This document shows, one piece after another, positions 56,499 through 64,000 of a DNA stretch of 64,000 nt. The translations under genes and the position numbers were made by a program. This DNA is from Alphaproteobacteria bacterium (GTDB taxonomy: Bacteria; Pseudomonadota; Alphaproteobacteria; UBA828), in contig CBDCQT010000013.1 of NCBI GenBank assembly GCA_965220745.1, positions 832,001 to 896,000 of the forward strand, read 5' to 3'. Positions within the stretch are counted from its first letter, which is position 1; each line of letters opens with the position of its first letter. Under the pieces are notes generated by a model. It was not told the origin of the DNA, searched no databases, and saw only the letters and a list, made by a program, of their open reading frames with translations.

Positions 56499-57758
56499 TC
56501 AGCAGGTCACCGACACCGGCAGGTACTTGATGCCATTGATGAAGTTGGATCGGAGCCGGAGCGCCTGACCGGCCGGCCGGAGCGTGCGCACCCGGCGCGT
56601 CAGCTCCTCCAGCACGATGCGCAGCTCGAGCCGCGCCAGCCAGAGGCCGAGGCAGAGGTGCGGCCCGCCCCGCCCGAAGGCCATTTGCGGGTTGGGGTCG
56701 CGCGCGAAATCGGCGTTGTAGGGATCGTCGAAGACCCGCTCGTCGAAGTTGCCGGAGATGAACCACAGGATCACCTTGTCGCCCGCCGCGATGGTGCGCC
56801 CGTGCATGTCGAAGTCTTCCACAGCGGTGCGGCGGAAGTGCATGGTGGGCGACGAGATGCGCAGCAGCTCCTCCACCGCCGTGGCCCAGAGCGCCTCGTC
56901 GGCGCCCTGAAGCTGCTCGAAGAGCCGGGGCTCACGGGCGAGGAGGTCGACAGAGGAGGCAACCGCATAGCGCGTGGTGTCGTTGCCCGCCACCACCAGC
57001 AACGTGAAGAAATTCTTGAACTCGTGGTCGGTGAGCGGCTCGCCGTCCCGGTCGGGCTCAAGCAGAAGGCTGATCACGTCACCGCGCGGCTTCCCGCGTC
57101 GGAGCGCGGCCTGGCGCTCCGCGTACTCGAAGACCTCCGCACCGGCCGGCGAGCGGAAGGGCATGAGGCGGAAGGCGTCCGTGTCGGTTTGGTCGACCAC
57201 GTGGTCGGTGAAGTCCGGGTCGCTGTTCGCCATCATCTCGTCGCCCTTGTCGGCGAGCCAGGCACCGTCCTCCTCCGACACCCCAAGCACGCCCGCCAGC
57301 ATCAGCATGGGCAGGGGCTTCGCGATCGCATCGACGCAATCGAACTCGTCCTGCTTCAGAGCCTCGTCGAGCACGCGGGAGACGATGGCACGCACCCGGT
57401 CCCGGTAGGTCTCGATGAAGCGGCGCGAGAAAGTGCGGTTGACCAGGCGGCGCAGGCGGGTGTGCTCGGGCGGGTCCTGCTCCATCATGGTCAGGCGCGC
57501 GATCCGCTCCTCTTCCGTCATCTCTTCGAGGCGAATCCCCTGCCGGGTCGTGAACTGCCGGAAGTTCTTGCTGATCTCCGCGATGTCCTCGTGGCGGGTG
57601 ATGGCCCAGAAACCGGAGGCATCGCGCTCGTCGAACCACGCAATCGGGTCGTCGCGCCGCAGCGCCTCGAAGGTCCTGTGAGGCACGCAATCGACGAAGG
57701 AGTCGTGGGAGGAGAGGTCGGCGATCCCCTCCGGCTCGGGAGAAAGAAGCGCGGACAT
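56499..57758 (-). CDS. Cytochrome P450
   Basis: DPPEHTRLR, AGNDTT (I-helix), EELLR (ExxR) and FGRGGPHLCLG (heme Cys). Confidence 0.95.
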   Translation of the reverse strand: MSALLSPEPEGIADLSSHDSFVDCVPHRTFEALRRDDPIAWFDERDASGFWAITRHEDIAEISKNFRQFTTRQGIRLEEMTEEERIARLTMMEQDPPEHTRLRRLVNRTFSRRFIETYRDRVRAIVSRVLDEALKQDEFDCVDAIAKPLPMLMLAGVLGVSEEDGAWLADKGDEMMANSDPDFTDHVVDQTDTDAFRLMPFRSPAGAEVFEYAERQAALRRGKPRGDVISLLLEPDRDGEPLTDHEFKNFFTLLVVAGNDTTRYAVASSVDLLAREPRLFEQLQGADEALWATAVEELLRISSPTMHFRRTAVEDFDMHGRTIAAGDKVILWFISGNFDERVFDDPYNADFARDPNPQMAFGRGGPHLCLGLWLARLELRIVLEELTRRVRTLRPAGQALRLRSNFINGIKYLPVSVTC

Positions 57759-57795
57759 GGCGGTCTCGTTTGGTTGCGAACCGGTTGACGGCATG

Positions 57796-57815
57796 ATAGT
57801 TCGGATACGAACGAT
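57796..57815. promoter_or_regulatory. Candidate palindromic operator 2
   Basis: ATAGTTCGGATACGAACGAT (GTTCG-N4-CGAAC) in the P450/dioxygenase divergent gap, just downstream of TTGACG (57785-57790). Confidence 0.6.
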
Positions 57816-57901
57816 CTGTCCACCGAAGTCGTTCGCTGTGCGTGCCAGCCGGAGCCGGCGGGCCGGTTCCGGGGCGCAGGCGAGGCGACAAAGGAGGAGA
57901 C

Positions 57902-58786
57902 GTGGGAGACATCGCAGGCGCCGGCTTCCTGTCGCATGTGCCTACGATCATGCTGCCGAAGGCGGTCCGGCTTGCGCTGAACGAGGGGCGCGAGCTGAGC
58001 CTCGTGCCCGGTCTCGAGCGGCTGCGCAGCGAGGTCCTCGACGACCTCCGGCCCGACACCTTCGTGGTGTTCGACACCCACTGGTTCACCACCGTGGAGT
58101 TCATCGTGAGCGCCCACGAGCGCCGCCGGGGCCGCTACACCTCGGGCGAGCTCCCGCGCGGCATTCACGGCCTGCCCTACGACCTTGCCGGGAGCCCGGC
58201 ACTGGCCGCGGGCATCGCAGCGGCTGTACGCGAGCACGCCGGCATACCCTGCATCGCCAACGACGATGCGCACCTGCCGATCCACTACCCCACCGTCAAC
58301 CTCGCCCACTACCTGAACCGGAGCGAGCGCTGGGTCTCCGTCAGCATCTGCCAGACCGCGCGGGACGAGGATTTTCTCGCGGTGGGGGCGGCGCTGGGGC
58401 GGGCAATCGCCGAATCGGACGAGCGCGTGGTGCTGCTCGCGAGCGGAGGCATGAGCCACCGCTTCTGGCCGCTCTCGGAGATCGATCGGCACGAGGCCTC
58501 GGACCCGGTCCACATCCGCACGCCCGAGGCGCGCGCCGCCGACCTCGAACGCCTGGCCTGGTGGGCAGAGGGCGATCACGCGGCGGTCATCGACTCCATG
58601 GACGCGTTCCGCCCCCACAAGCCGGAAGGTCTGTTCGGCCACTACCTGATGATGGTCGCCGCTCTGGGTGGACGCGACTGCACAGCAGCCGGGACGCCGT
58701 TCAGCGACTACGAGAACGCGGCGGGCACCGGGCAGGTGCACGTCTGGTTCCCGCGCCCGCCGCAGGGCTGGAGCGTCGAGGGCTAG
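57902..58786 (+). CDS. LigB-family extradiol ring-cleavage dioxygenase (HpaD-like)
   Basis: AAGGAGG RBS with GTG start; SHVPTIM, FDTHW, YTSGELP, ASGGMSHRFWP and YENAAGTGQVHVWF motifs. Confidence 0.88.
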   Translation: MGDIAGAGFLSHVPTIMLPKAVRLALNEGRELSLVPGLERLRSEVLDDLRPDTFVVFDTHWFTTVEFIVSAHERRRGRYTSGELPRGIHGLPYDLAGSPALAAGIAAAVREHAGIPCIANDDAHLPIHYPTVNLAHYLNRSERWVSVSICQTARDEDFLAVGAALGRAIAESDERVVLLASGGMSHRFWPLSEIDRHEASDPVHIRTPEARAADLERLAWWAEGDHAAVIDSMDAFRPHKPEGLFGHYLMMVAALGGRDCTAAGTPFSDYENAAGTGQVHVWFPRPPQGWSVEG

Positions 58787-58794
58787 GCCCGGCG

Positions 58795-59259
58795 TCAGGC
58801 TTGGGGAAAGCCGGTGGGGCGGGAGCCGTGGGCGTCCGTGCCGCCTGCGGAGCCGGGATTGCTGTAGTAGATGGTCATCTCGTGGATGAGGCCGTCCCGG
58901 CAGCGGAAGAAGTTGCAGTTGCGAAGGCGTTGCACGCCTACGCTGCGATAAGCTGAGTCGGGCTTCGGCGTCAGCGTGACGAGAAACATCGCGGCGCAGC
59001 GCTCGTTGGCCACGTCCACGTAGTGGACGAACTCGGTGAACCGGGGCTCGTAGTTCGCGAGCAGATGCTCGAAGAAGCGCGGCAGCGGGGTCTCGCCGAC
59101 GGTGGGCCTGGCCTTGAAGAGGCGCGGCGCGGCATCGCCGTGATAGATCGTGACCGAAGCGTCGTCGGTGAAGCAGGCAACCACCGCCGGGATGTCGGCT
59201 TGTGCGACGCTGCCGAAGTAGCGCCGCTCCACCAAGTCCACGTAATCGTCTCTCGTCAT
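58795..59259 (-). CDS. SnoaL/NTF2-like fold protein
   Basis: YFGSV...FTDDA, NCNFF and DGLI..MTIYY pattern; 154 aa. Confidence 0.75.
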   Translation of the reverse strand: MTRDDYVDLVERRYFGSVAQADIPAVVACFTDDASVTIYHGDAAPRLFKARPTVGETPLPRFFEHLLANYEPRFTEFVHYVDVANERCAAMFLVTLTPKPDSAYRSVGVQRLRNCNFFRCRDGLIHEMTIYYSNPGSAGGTDAHGSRPTGFPQA

Positions 59260-59284
59260 CGCGCGCCGCTTCCGCCAGCCGGTG

Positions 59285-59614
59285 CTACAGCAGGATTTCG
59301 ACGAAGCCGAGGGCGACCAGCACGGCGGTGAGCAGGATGGCGCCGACGATGGCGGTGACGCGCACCACGCGGCGCACCGGGTTCTGGGTGTTGGCGAAAG
59401 GGATGAGATTGAAGAGGAGCCCGCCGGCCACCACCATGATGCAGCCGGCCGAGAAGAGCGGCCGGTACACGGGCTGGAATATGAAGACCAAAGCGAGCAG
59501 GCAGAGCGCGATGATCGCGATCACGATCAGCCGCGCCGTGCGGCGGGACATGTTACGCCGTGCCGGCTTCTCCTGCGCCGGCGCCTCCTGGGGTTCTGCC
59601 TGTGCCTCGCTCAT
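59285..59614 (-). CDS. Small membrane protein (about 3 TM helices)
   Basis: Three hydrophobic segments; ATG overlaps the ABC ATPase stop. Confidence 0.75.
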   Translation of the reverse strand: MSEAQAEPQEAPAQEKPARRNMSRRTARLIVIAIIALCLLALVFIFQPVYRPLFSAGCIMVVAGGLLFNLIPFANTQNPVRRVVRVTAIVGAILLTAVLVALGFVEILL

Positions 59615-60711
59615 GACGCGATCCTCACGCCGTCATGGTCGAACAGATGGACCTGCCCCGGCGTCGGCGCCACGTGCATGGTCTCACCGACCGCGGCCGG
59701 GTGCCCCCGGCTGGTCACCACGCGCAGGTCGTCCTCGCCGATGCGGAGGTGGATCAGGGTCTCCGCCCCCATCGGTTCGATCAGGTCGATCTGGCCCGAG
59801 ATCGTGGTCGGTCCGGCCTCGGATGCGGGTGCCAGTCCGCGCGGGCGCACGCCGACGGTGACCGGAGCATTGCGCCGCTCAACGGTGCCCCGCAGGGAGA
59901 TCTCCGCATGCAGCGGCAGGGCCACCTCTTGCCCCAGCATGTTCACGGTCGCCGTGTCCTCGTCCGCGTCGATGACGTTGGCCTCGACCAAGTTCATCTG
60001 CGGCGTGCCGATGAAGCCCGCGACGAAGACGTTGGCGGGCTTGGCGAAGATGTCGTGCGGGCTCGCCACCTGCTCGATGATGCCGTCGCGCATCACCGCG
60101 ATCCGGTCGGCGATGGTGAGCGCCTCGATCTGATCGTGGGTCACGATCACGGTCGCCTTGTGCAGGCCGTTGAGGAGCTGCTTGATCTGCCCGCGCATCT
60201 CCTGGCGGACGGCAATGTCGAGCCGGCTCAGGGGCTCGTCAAAGAGGAAGCACTGCGGGTCGCGAATGACGGCCCGGCCGACCGCGACGCGCTGCTTCTC
60301 GCCCTCGGCAAGCCGGCCAGGGACCCGGCCGAGCGCATGGGAAAGGTCGAGAAGGCCGGCGATCTCCCTCACCCGACGCTCGATCTCTTCCTTGGTGATG
60401 CGCTCCGCATGAAGGGGGAAGGCCAGGTTCTCCGACACCGTCAGGCTCGGATAGAGCGCGTAGAACTGGAACACCATGGCGATGTCCCGATCGCGCGGCG
60501 CGAGCTCGTTGACCCGCGCACCCGCGATGAAGATGTCGCCCGCCGTCGCGTCCTCGAGCCCCGCGATCATGCGGAGCGTCGTGGTCTTGCCGCAGCCGGA
60601 GGGCCCGAGCAGGCACACAACCTCGCCGGCTTCGACGTCGAGATCGATGTCGTCGACCGCGGCGAGCGAGCCGAAATGCTTGCTCAGGTTGCGCAGCTCG
60701 ATGTCTGCCAT
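59611..60711 (-). CDS. Carbohydrate (CUT1) ABC transporter ATP-binding protein
   Basis: GPSGCGKTT, AMVFQFYALYP, FDEPLS, VTHDQIEA and FVAGFIGTPQMN motifs; the signature is the variant LAEGEKQR. Confidence 0.92.
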   Translation of the reverse strand: MADIELRNLSKHFGSLAAVDDIDLDVEAGEVVCLLGPSGCGKTTTLRMIAGLEDATAGDIFIAGARVNELAPRDRDIAMVFQFYALYPSLTVSENLAFPLHAERITKEEIERRVREIAGLLDLSHALGRVPGRLAEGEKQRVAVGRAVIRDPQCFLFDEPLSRLDIAVRQEMRGQIKQLLNGLHKATVIVTHDQIEALTIADRIAVMRDGIIEQVASPHDIFAKPANVFVAGFIGTPQMNLVEANVIDADEDTATVNMLGQEVALPLHAEISLRGTVERRNAPVTVGVRPRGLAPASEAGPTTISGQIDLIEPMGAETLIHLRIGEDDLRVVTSRGHPAAVGETMHVAPTPGQVHLFDHDGVRIAS

Positions 60712-60718
60712 GGCAGCG

Positions 60719-61588
60719 CTACCGCCTGATGGTGCCGAAGGTGACGCCGCGCAGGAGCTGGTTCTGCAGCAGGAACGTCACGAACACCACCGGGATCAGG
60801 AACAGCGTCTCGATCGCCGCCAGCAGCCCCCAGCGCACGCCGATGTCGCCGCCGATGGTCTGCGCCATGGCGACCGGCACCGTGCGTGTGTCGCGCCCGG
60901 TGAGCAGCAGGGCGAAGAGGAACTCGTTCCAGGTTAGGATCAGCCCGAACACGGCGGTCGCTGCGATGCCCGCCTTCACTTGCGGCAGGCAGATGCGGAA
61001 GAAGATCTTCATCTCCGAGCTGCCGTCCATGCGCGCGGCATCTTCCACCTCGCGCGGTATCTCGTCGAAGAAGCTCTTCATCATCCAGATGGTGAAGGGC
61101 AGGTTGAACGCGGCGTAGAGCAGGATGATCCCGATGTAGCTGCCGCTGAGCCCGCTCAGGCGGAACATGATGAAGATCGGGATGATGACGATGATCGGCG
61201 GCAGCATCCGGGTCGTTAGGATGATGAAGAGGTAGGTCTCGTTGCCCCGGAGCGGCCAGCGCGAGAAGCCGTAGGCCGCGATCGTGCCGATGATCAGCGC
61301 GACCCCGACCGAGGCGCCGGCGATGAAGATGGAGTTGAAGAAGAAGAGGTCGAAGTGGGTGTCCACCGCCGCGCCGCCGCGCTCGTAGGCGCGGGCGAAG
61401 ACGCTGACGAAGTTGTCCAGCGTGGGCGTGAAGATGAACTTGGGCGGGGTGGAGAGCGCGTCGGTGTGGCTCTTGAACGCGGTCAGGATGATCCACAGCA
61501 CCGGGAAGAAGTAGATGAAGCTGATGACCGTCGAGAACGCGGTCCGCCCCCAGCCTGCCTTGCCGATCTCACGCCGTCTGCGGGCCAT
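60719..61588 (-). CDS. CUT1 ABC transporter permease
   Basis: EDAARMDG loop, LTWNEFLFA, about six TM segments. Confidence 0.92.
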   Translation of the reverse strand: MARRRREIGKAGWGRTAFSTVISFIYFFPVLWIILTAFKSHTDALSTPPKFIFTPTLDNFVSVFARAYERGGAAVDTHFDLFFFNSIFIAGASVGVALIIGTIAAYGFSRWPLRGNETYLFIILTTRMLPPIIVIIPIFIMFRLSGLSGSYIGIILLYAAFNLPFTIWMMKSFFDEIPREVEDAARMDGSSEMKIFFRICLPQVKAGIAATAVFGLILTWNEFLFALLLTGRDTRTVPVAMAQTIGGDIGVRWGLLAAIETLFLIPVVFVTFLLQNQLLRGVTFGTIRR

Positions 61589-61591
61589 GAC

Positions 61592-62512
61592 CTATTGGTC
61601 CTCCACGTCCCGTCGTCTGACGAAGAAGAGATAGAGGTTGGTCAGCACGATCACCACGAAGAGCAGAATATAGCCGAGCGCCGCCGACTGGCTGGTCTTG
61701 AAGTACTGGAAGGCCACCCGGTAGACGTAGACGGCGATGGTCTCGGTGGAGGTGCCCGGCCCGCCCTCGGTGATCAGGAACACGATGTCGAACAGCTTGA
61801 ACGCCTCGATGGTGCGGAACAGGATCGCCAGCAGCAGCAGGCCCCGGATGTAAGGGAAGGTGATCGTCCAGAACCGCCGCCACCAAGACGCGCGGTCGAT
61901 CTCGGCGGCCTCGTAGAGGTGCTTGGGCACGCTGACGAGGCCGGCCAGCACCAGTAGCATCACGAAGGGCGACCACATCCAGACATCGGCGAAGATGATG
62001 CCGGCGAGCGCGCCCACCTCGGAGCCGAGAAGGATGAAGGGCTCGCCCGTGATCGCCTTGATCCCCTGGCTCAGGAGGCCGAAGGTCGGCTCGTAGTAGT
62101 AGCGGAAGAAGGCGCCGACCGCGACGAAGCTCAGCATCATCGGCGTCAGCACCAGCATCAGCAGCACGCGGCGGCCGGGGAAGGTCTTCTCGAAGAGGAG
62201 CGCCAGCAGGAAGCCCACCACGAGCTGAAGCAGCACGTCGACCGTGACCACGATGGCCGTGGTCTGGAAGCGCTCCCAGACCACCGGGTCGGTCAGCACC
62301 TTCTGGTAATTCTTAAACCAAACGAATTCCGGTTCTTTGATGCGATTCGCACGATACCGATAGAAGCTCAGACCGAAGGACCAGAGCAGCGGAAAGATGT
62401 TCATGATGAACAGCACGGCGAGCGCCGGCGAGACCAGGAGCGGCCCGCGGTTGCGCTCGAAGAAGCGCTCCAGCAGCGTGCCGTGCTCGGCGTGATACGT
62501 GGTGACGGCCAT
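61592..62512 (-). CDS. CUT1 ABC transporter permease
   Basis: DVWMWSPF, LYEAAEIDRA and EGGPGTSTET motifs. Confidence 0.92.
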   Translation of the reverse strand: MAVTTYHAEHGTLLERFFERNRGPLLVSPALAVLFIMNIFPLLWSFGLSFYRYRANRIKEPEFVWFKNYQKVLTDPVVWERFQTTAIVVTVDVLLQLVVGFLLALLFEKTFPGRRVLLMLVLTPMMLSFVAVGAFFRYYYEPTFGLLSQGIKAITGEPFILLGSEVGALAGIIFADVWMWSPFVMLLVLAGLVSVPKHLYEAAEIDRASWWRRFWTITFPYIRGLLLLAILFRTIEAFKLFDIVFLITEGGPGTSTETIAVYVYRVAFQYFKTSQSAALGYILLFVVIVLTNLYLFFVRRRDVEDQ

Positions 62513-62561
62513 GCGTCAGGGGCCGGTCAATCTCAATGTTCCGGGCAATCGGTGGGAAGGA

Positions 62562-62594
62562 AAGGGGGCGGCCCCTTATGCGGAGCCGCCCCCG
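62562..62594 (-). terminator. Hairpin/terminator between SBP and permease genes
   Basis: GGGGGCGGC...GCCGCCCCC stem; on the minus strand it is followed by TTTCCTT. Confidence 0.5.
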
Positions 62595-62609
62595 TTACCG
62601 CCTCGATCG

Positions 62610-64000
62610 CTAGTCCTCGATGCGCCCCGCTTCGCGCAGGAGCTCATCCTGGAAGACGGCGATGTTGTCCAGCGCCTCCTTGGCGGAGATCTGACCGGTA
62701 ATCGCCTTGTCGAACTCTTCCTGCTGCTGCACCAGCAGCTCGAAGAACTCGGGGATGTGCCAGACGTCCCTCTGCCAGTCGAGGCTCGGGCCGAAGGCAT
62801 GGTTCCACGGCCGGTACTCCATGTACTCGGGCGTGGTGTAGACGCTCTGGAGCCCGCTCTGGCCGCCACGCGAGGCGAACTCGTGCTGCACCGGAGTCGA
62901 CAGCCACCACTTGCAGAAGTCGAGCGCCTCCTTGATCACCGCGTCGCTGTTCCAGGTGGTCAGCACGAAGGGCTGCCCACCGATGTTGGACCAGCGCACG
63001 ATCTCGTCGCCCACCAGCAGACCCGGCATCCGCGCGAAGTTGACCTTGTCGTGGACCTTCGAGAGTTCCGGCGCAATCGCGGACTCGCCGAAGCCGATCC
63101 ACTGGATGATCCAGGCCACCTTGCCTTCGCGGAACAGCTCGTCGACCTTGAAGATGTCCATGGTGCCGGTCTGGACCACCGGCGGCATGAACTCGGTCAG
63201 CGAGAGATAGTGCTCGAACGCCTCGACGGCGACGTCGGAGTTCACGACGCCGATGGCCTGGCCCTCGGGCTCCTGGGTCTCGTCCCAGATGCTGCCGCCA
63301 TGCTGCCAGATGAAGCCGTTGATCTGCATGCTGGAGAAGTCGTAGCCCTTACCGGCCTGGTAGGCGATCCCGTAGAAATCGTCGTTCAGGGTCTCGCCGC
63401 CCAGCGACTCGCCGGAGCTGCGACGGAAGAACTCGCCGAAGTCACGCACCTGGCCCCAATGGACTTCGTTCTGCTCCTCGGGCGAGCACGGCAGGTCGTA
63501 GCCGTACTTCTCCTTGAACGCGGCCATCTCGCCTTCATGGCAGAACAGGTCCTGCCGGTAATAAACCACCAGCACGTCCGGCATCTGCGGGAAGCCGTAG
63601 TAATTCTCTGTGCGATGCGGATAGGTGGAATAGGACGCGACCAGGTTGGGATGAAGATCCTCGAACACCGCCTGCAGACCGGGGTCGGCATCGATGAACT
63701 CGTTGATCTTCATGTAGTAGCCGCCCTCGATGTTGGCGCCCAGCCACTGGCTGTCGCTGACCGCCATCTGGTACTTCTCCTCGCCCGAGGTCAGCGAGGC
63801 CGCGAGCCGCGTGTAGTAGTCGGGCCACGGGATGAAGTCGATCACGAGCTTCACGTTGTTGCCGCTTGGCGCGTTGTAGCTCGCGTTCGCCATGTCTTGC
63901 ATGATGCGCGTCGGCGGCCAGTCGGGCGCCGCCATGTTGATGGTGATGTCCTCGGACTTTGCGGGACCACCCCACATGGCGGAGCCGACCAGCGCCACCG
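62610..64000 (-). CDS. CUT1 ABC transporter substrate-binding protein (5' end outside window)
   Basis: End of a signal peptide, YYGFPQMPD, YYRQDLF, GGQPF and AKEALD motifs; upstream of two permeases and an ATPase. Confidence 0.88.
   Translation of the reverse strand, partial: VALVGSAMWGGPAKSEDITINMAAPDWPPTRIMQDMANASYNAPSGNNVKLVIDFIPWPDYYTRLAASLTSGEEKYQMAVSDSQWLGANIEGGYYMKINEFIDADPGLQAVFEDLHPNLVASYSTYPHRTENYYGFPQMPDVLVVYYRQDLFCHEGEMAAFKEKYGYDLPCSPEEQNEVHWGQVRDFGEFFRRSSGESLGGETLNDDFYGIAYQAGKGYDFSSMQINGFIWQHGGSIWDETQEPEGQAIGVVNSDVAVEAFEHYLSLTEFMPPVVQTGTMDIFKVDELFREGKVAWIIQWIGFGESAIAPELSKVHDKVNFARMPGLLVGDEIVRWSNIGGQPFVLTTWNSDAVIKEALDFCKWWLSTPVQHEFASRGGQSGLQSVYTTPEYMEYRPWNHAFGPSLDWQRDVWHIPEFFELLVQQQEEFDKAITGQISAKEALDNIAVFQDELLREAGRIED

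Noticed and set aside
55179-57788. Long antisense ORFs (869 aa here; also 8168..10078, 19663..21561, 17551..19188, 37278..38669)
   Set aside because: Shadow ORFs opposite well-supported genes, expected in high-GC DNA, with no motifs
1-64000. CRISPR arrays, tRNA/rRNA genes, prophage genes, known defence systems
   Set aside because: No repeat-spacer periodicity, cloverleaf/rRNA signatures or matching protein motifs seen by eye

Overview
GC-rich bacterial chromosomal window whose housekeeping genes (rph-rdgB-hemW, def-COQ9, IalB-rlmN, argE, phoB/pstS, modABC) point to an alphaproteobacterium (inference), mixed with many catabolic genes. There are two mobile elements. (i) A complete IS1380-family element (4237-5849) with TTAA target duplication, beside a low-GC islet encoding an unknown secreted Cys-rich protein. 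(ii) A three-tyrosine-recombinase RIT element (11470-15185) that splits a host gene in frame at a CCCAA direct repeat. It has 87-bp inverted repeats plus a perfect 34-bp palindrome on one side only, so precise excision would restore the gene and give a circle with a ~198-bp palindromic junction. This is the strongest unusual signal. Other features the ORF track does not explain: an AT-rich regulatory patch followed by two coupled micro-ORFs and a candidate sRNA with two CCCUCCCUG motifs (16.7-17.4 kb); a phased DnaA-box array (29.46-29.52 kb); and an unassigned catabolic cluster (P450, glutamine-synthetase-like ligase, extradiol dioxygenase, semialdehyde dehydrogenase, FAH, Adc, MarR, RidA) whose two divergent promoters share a 20-bp palindromic operator. 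I saw no rRNA, tRNA or CRISPR array. All product calls come from motif recognition by eye; no searches were run.
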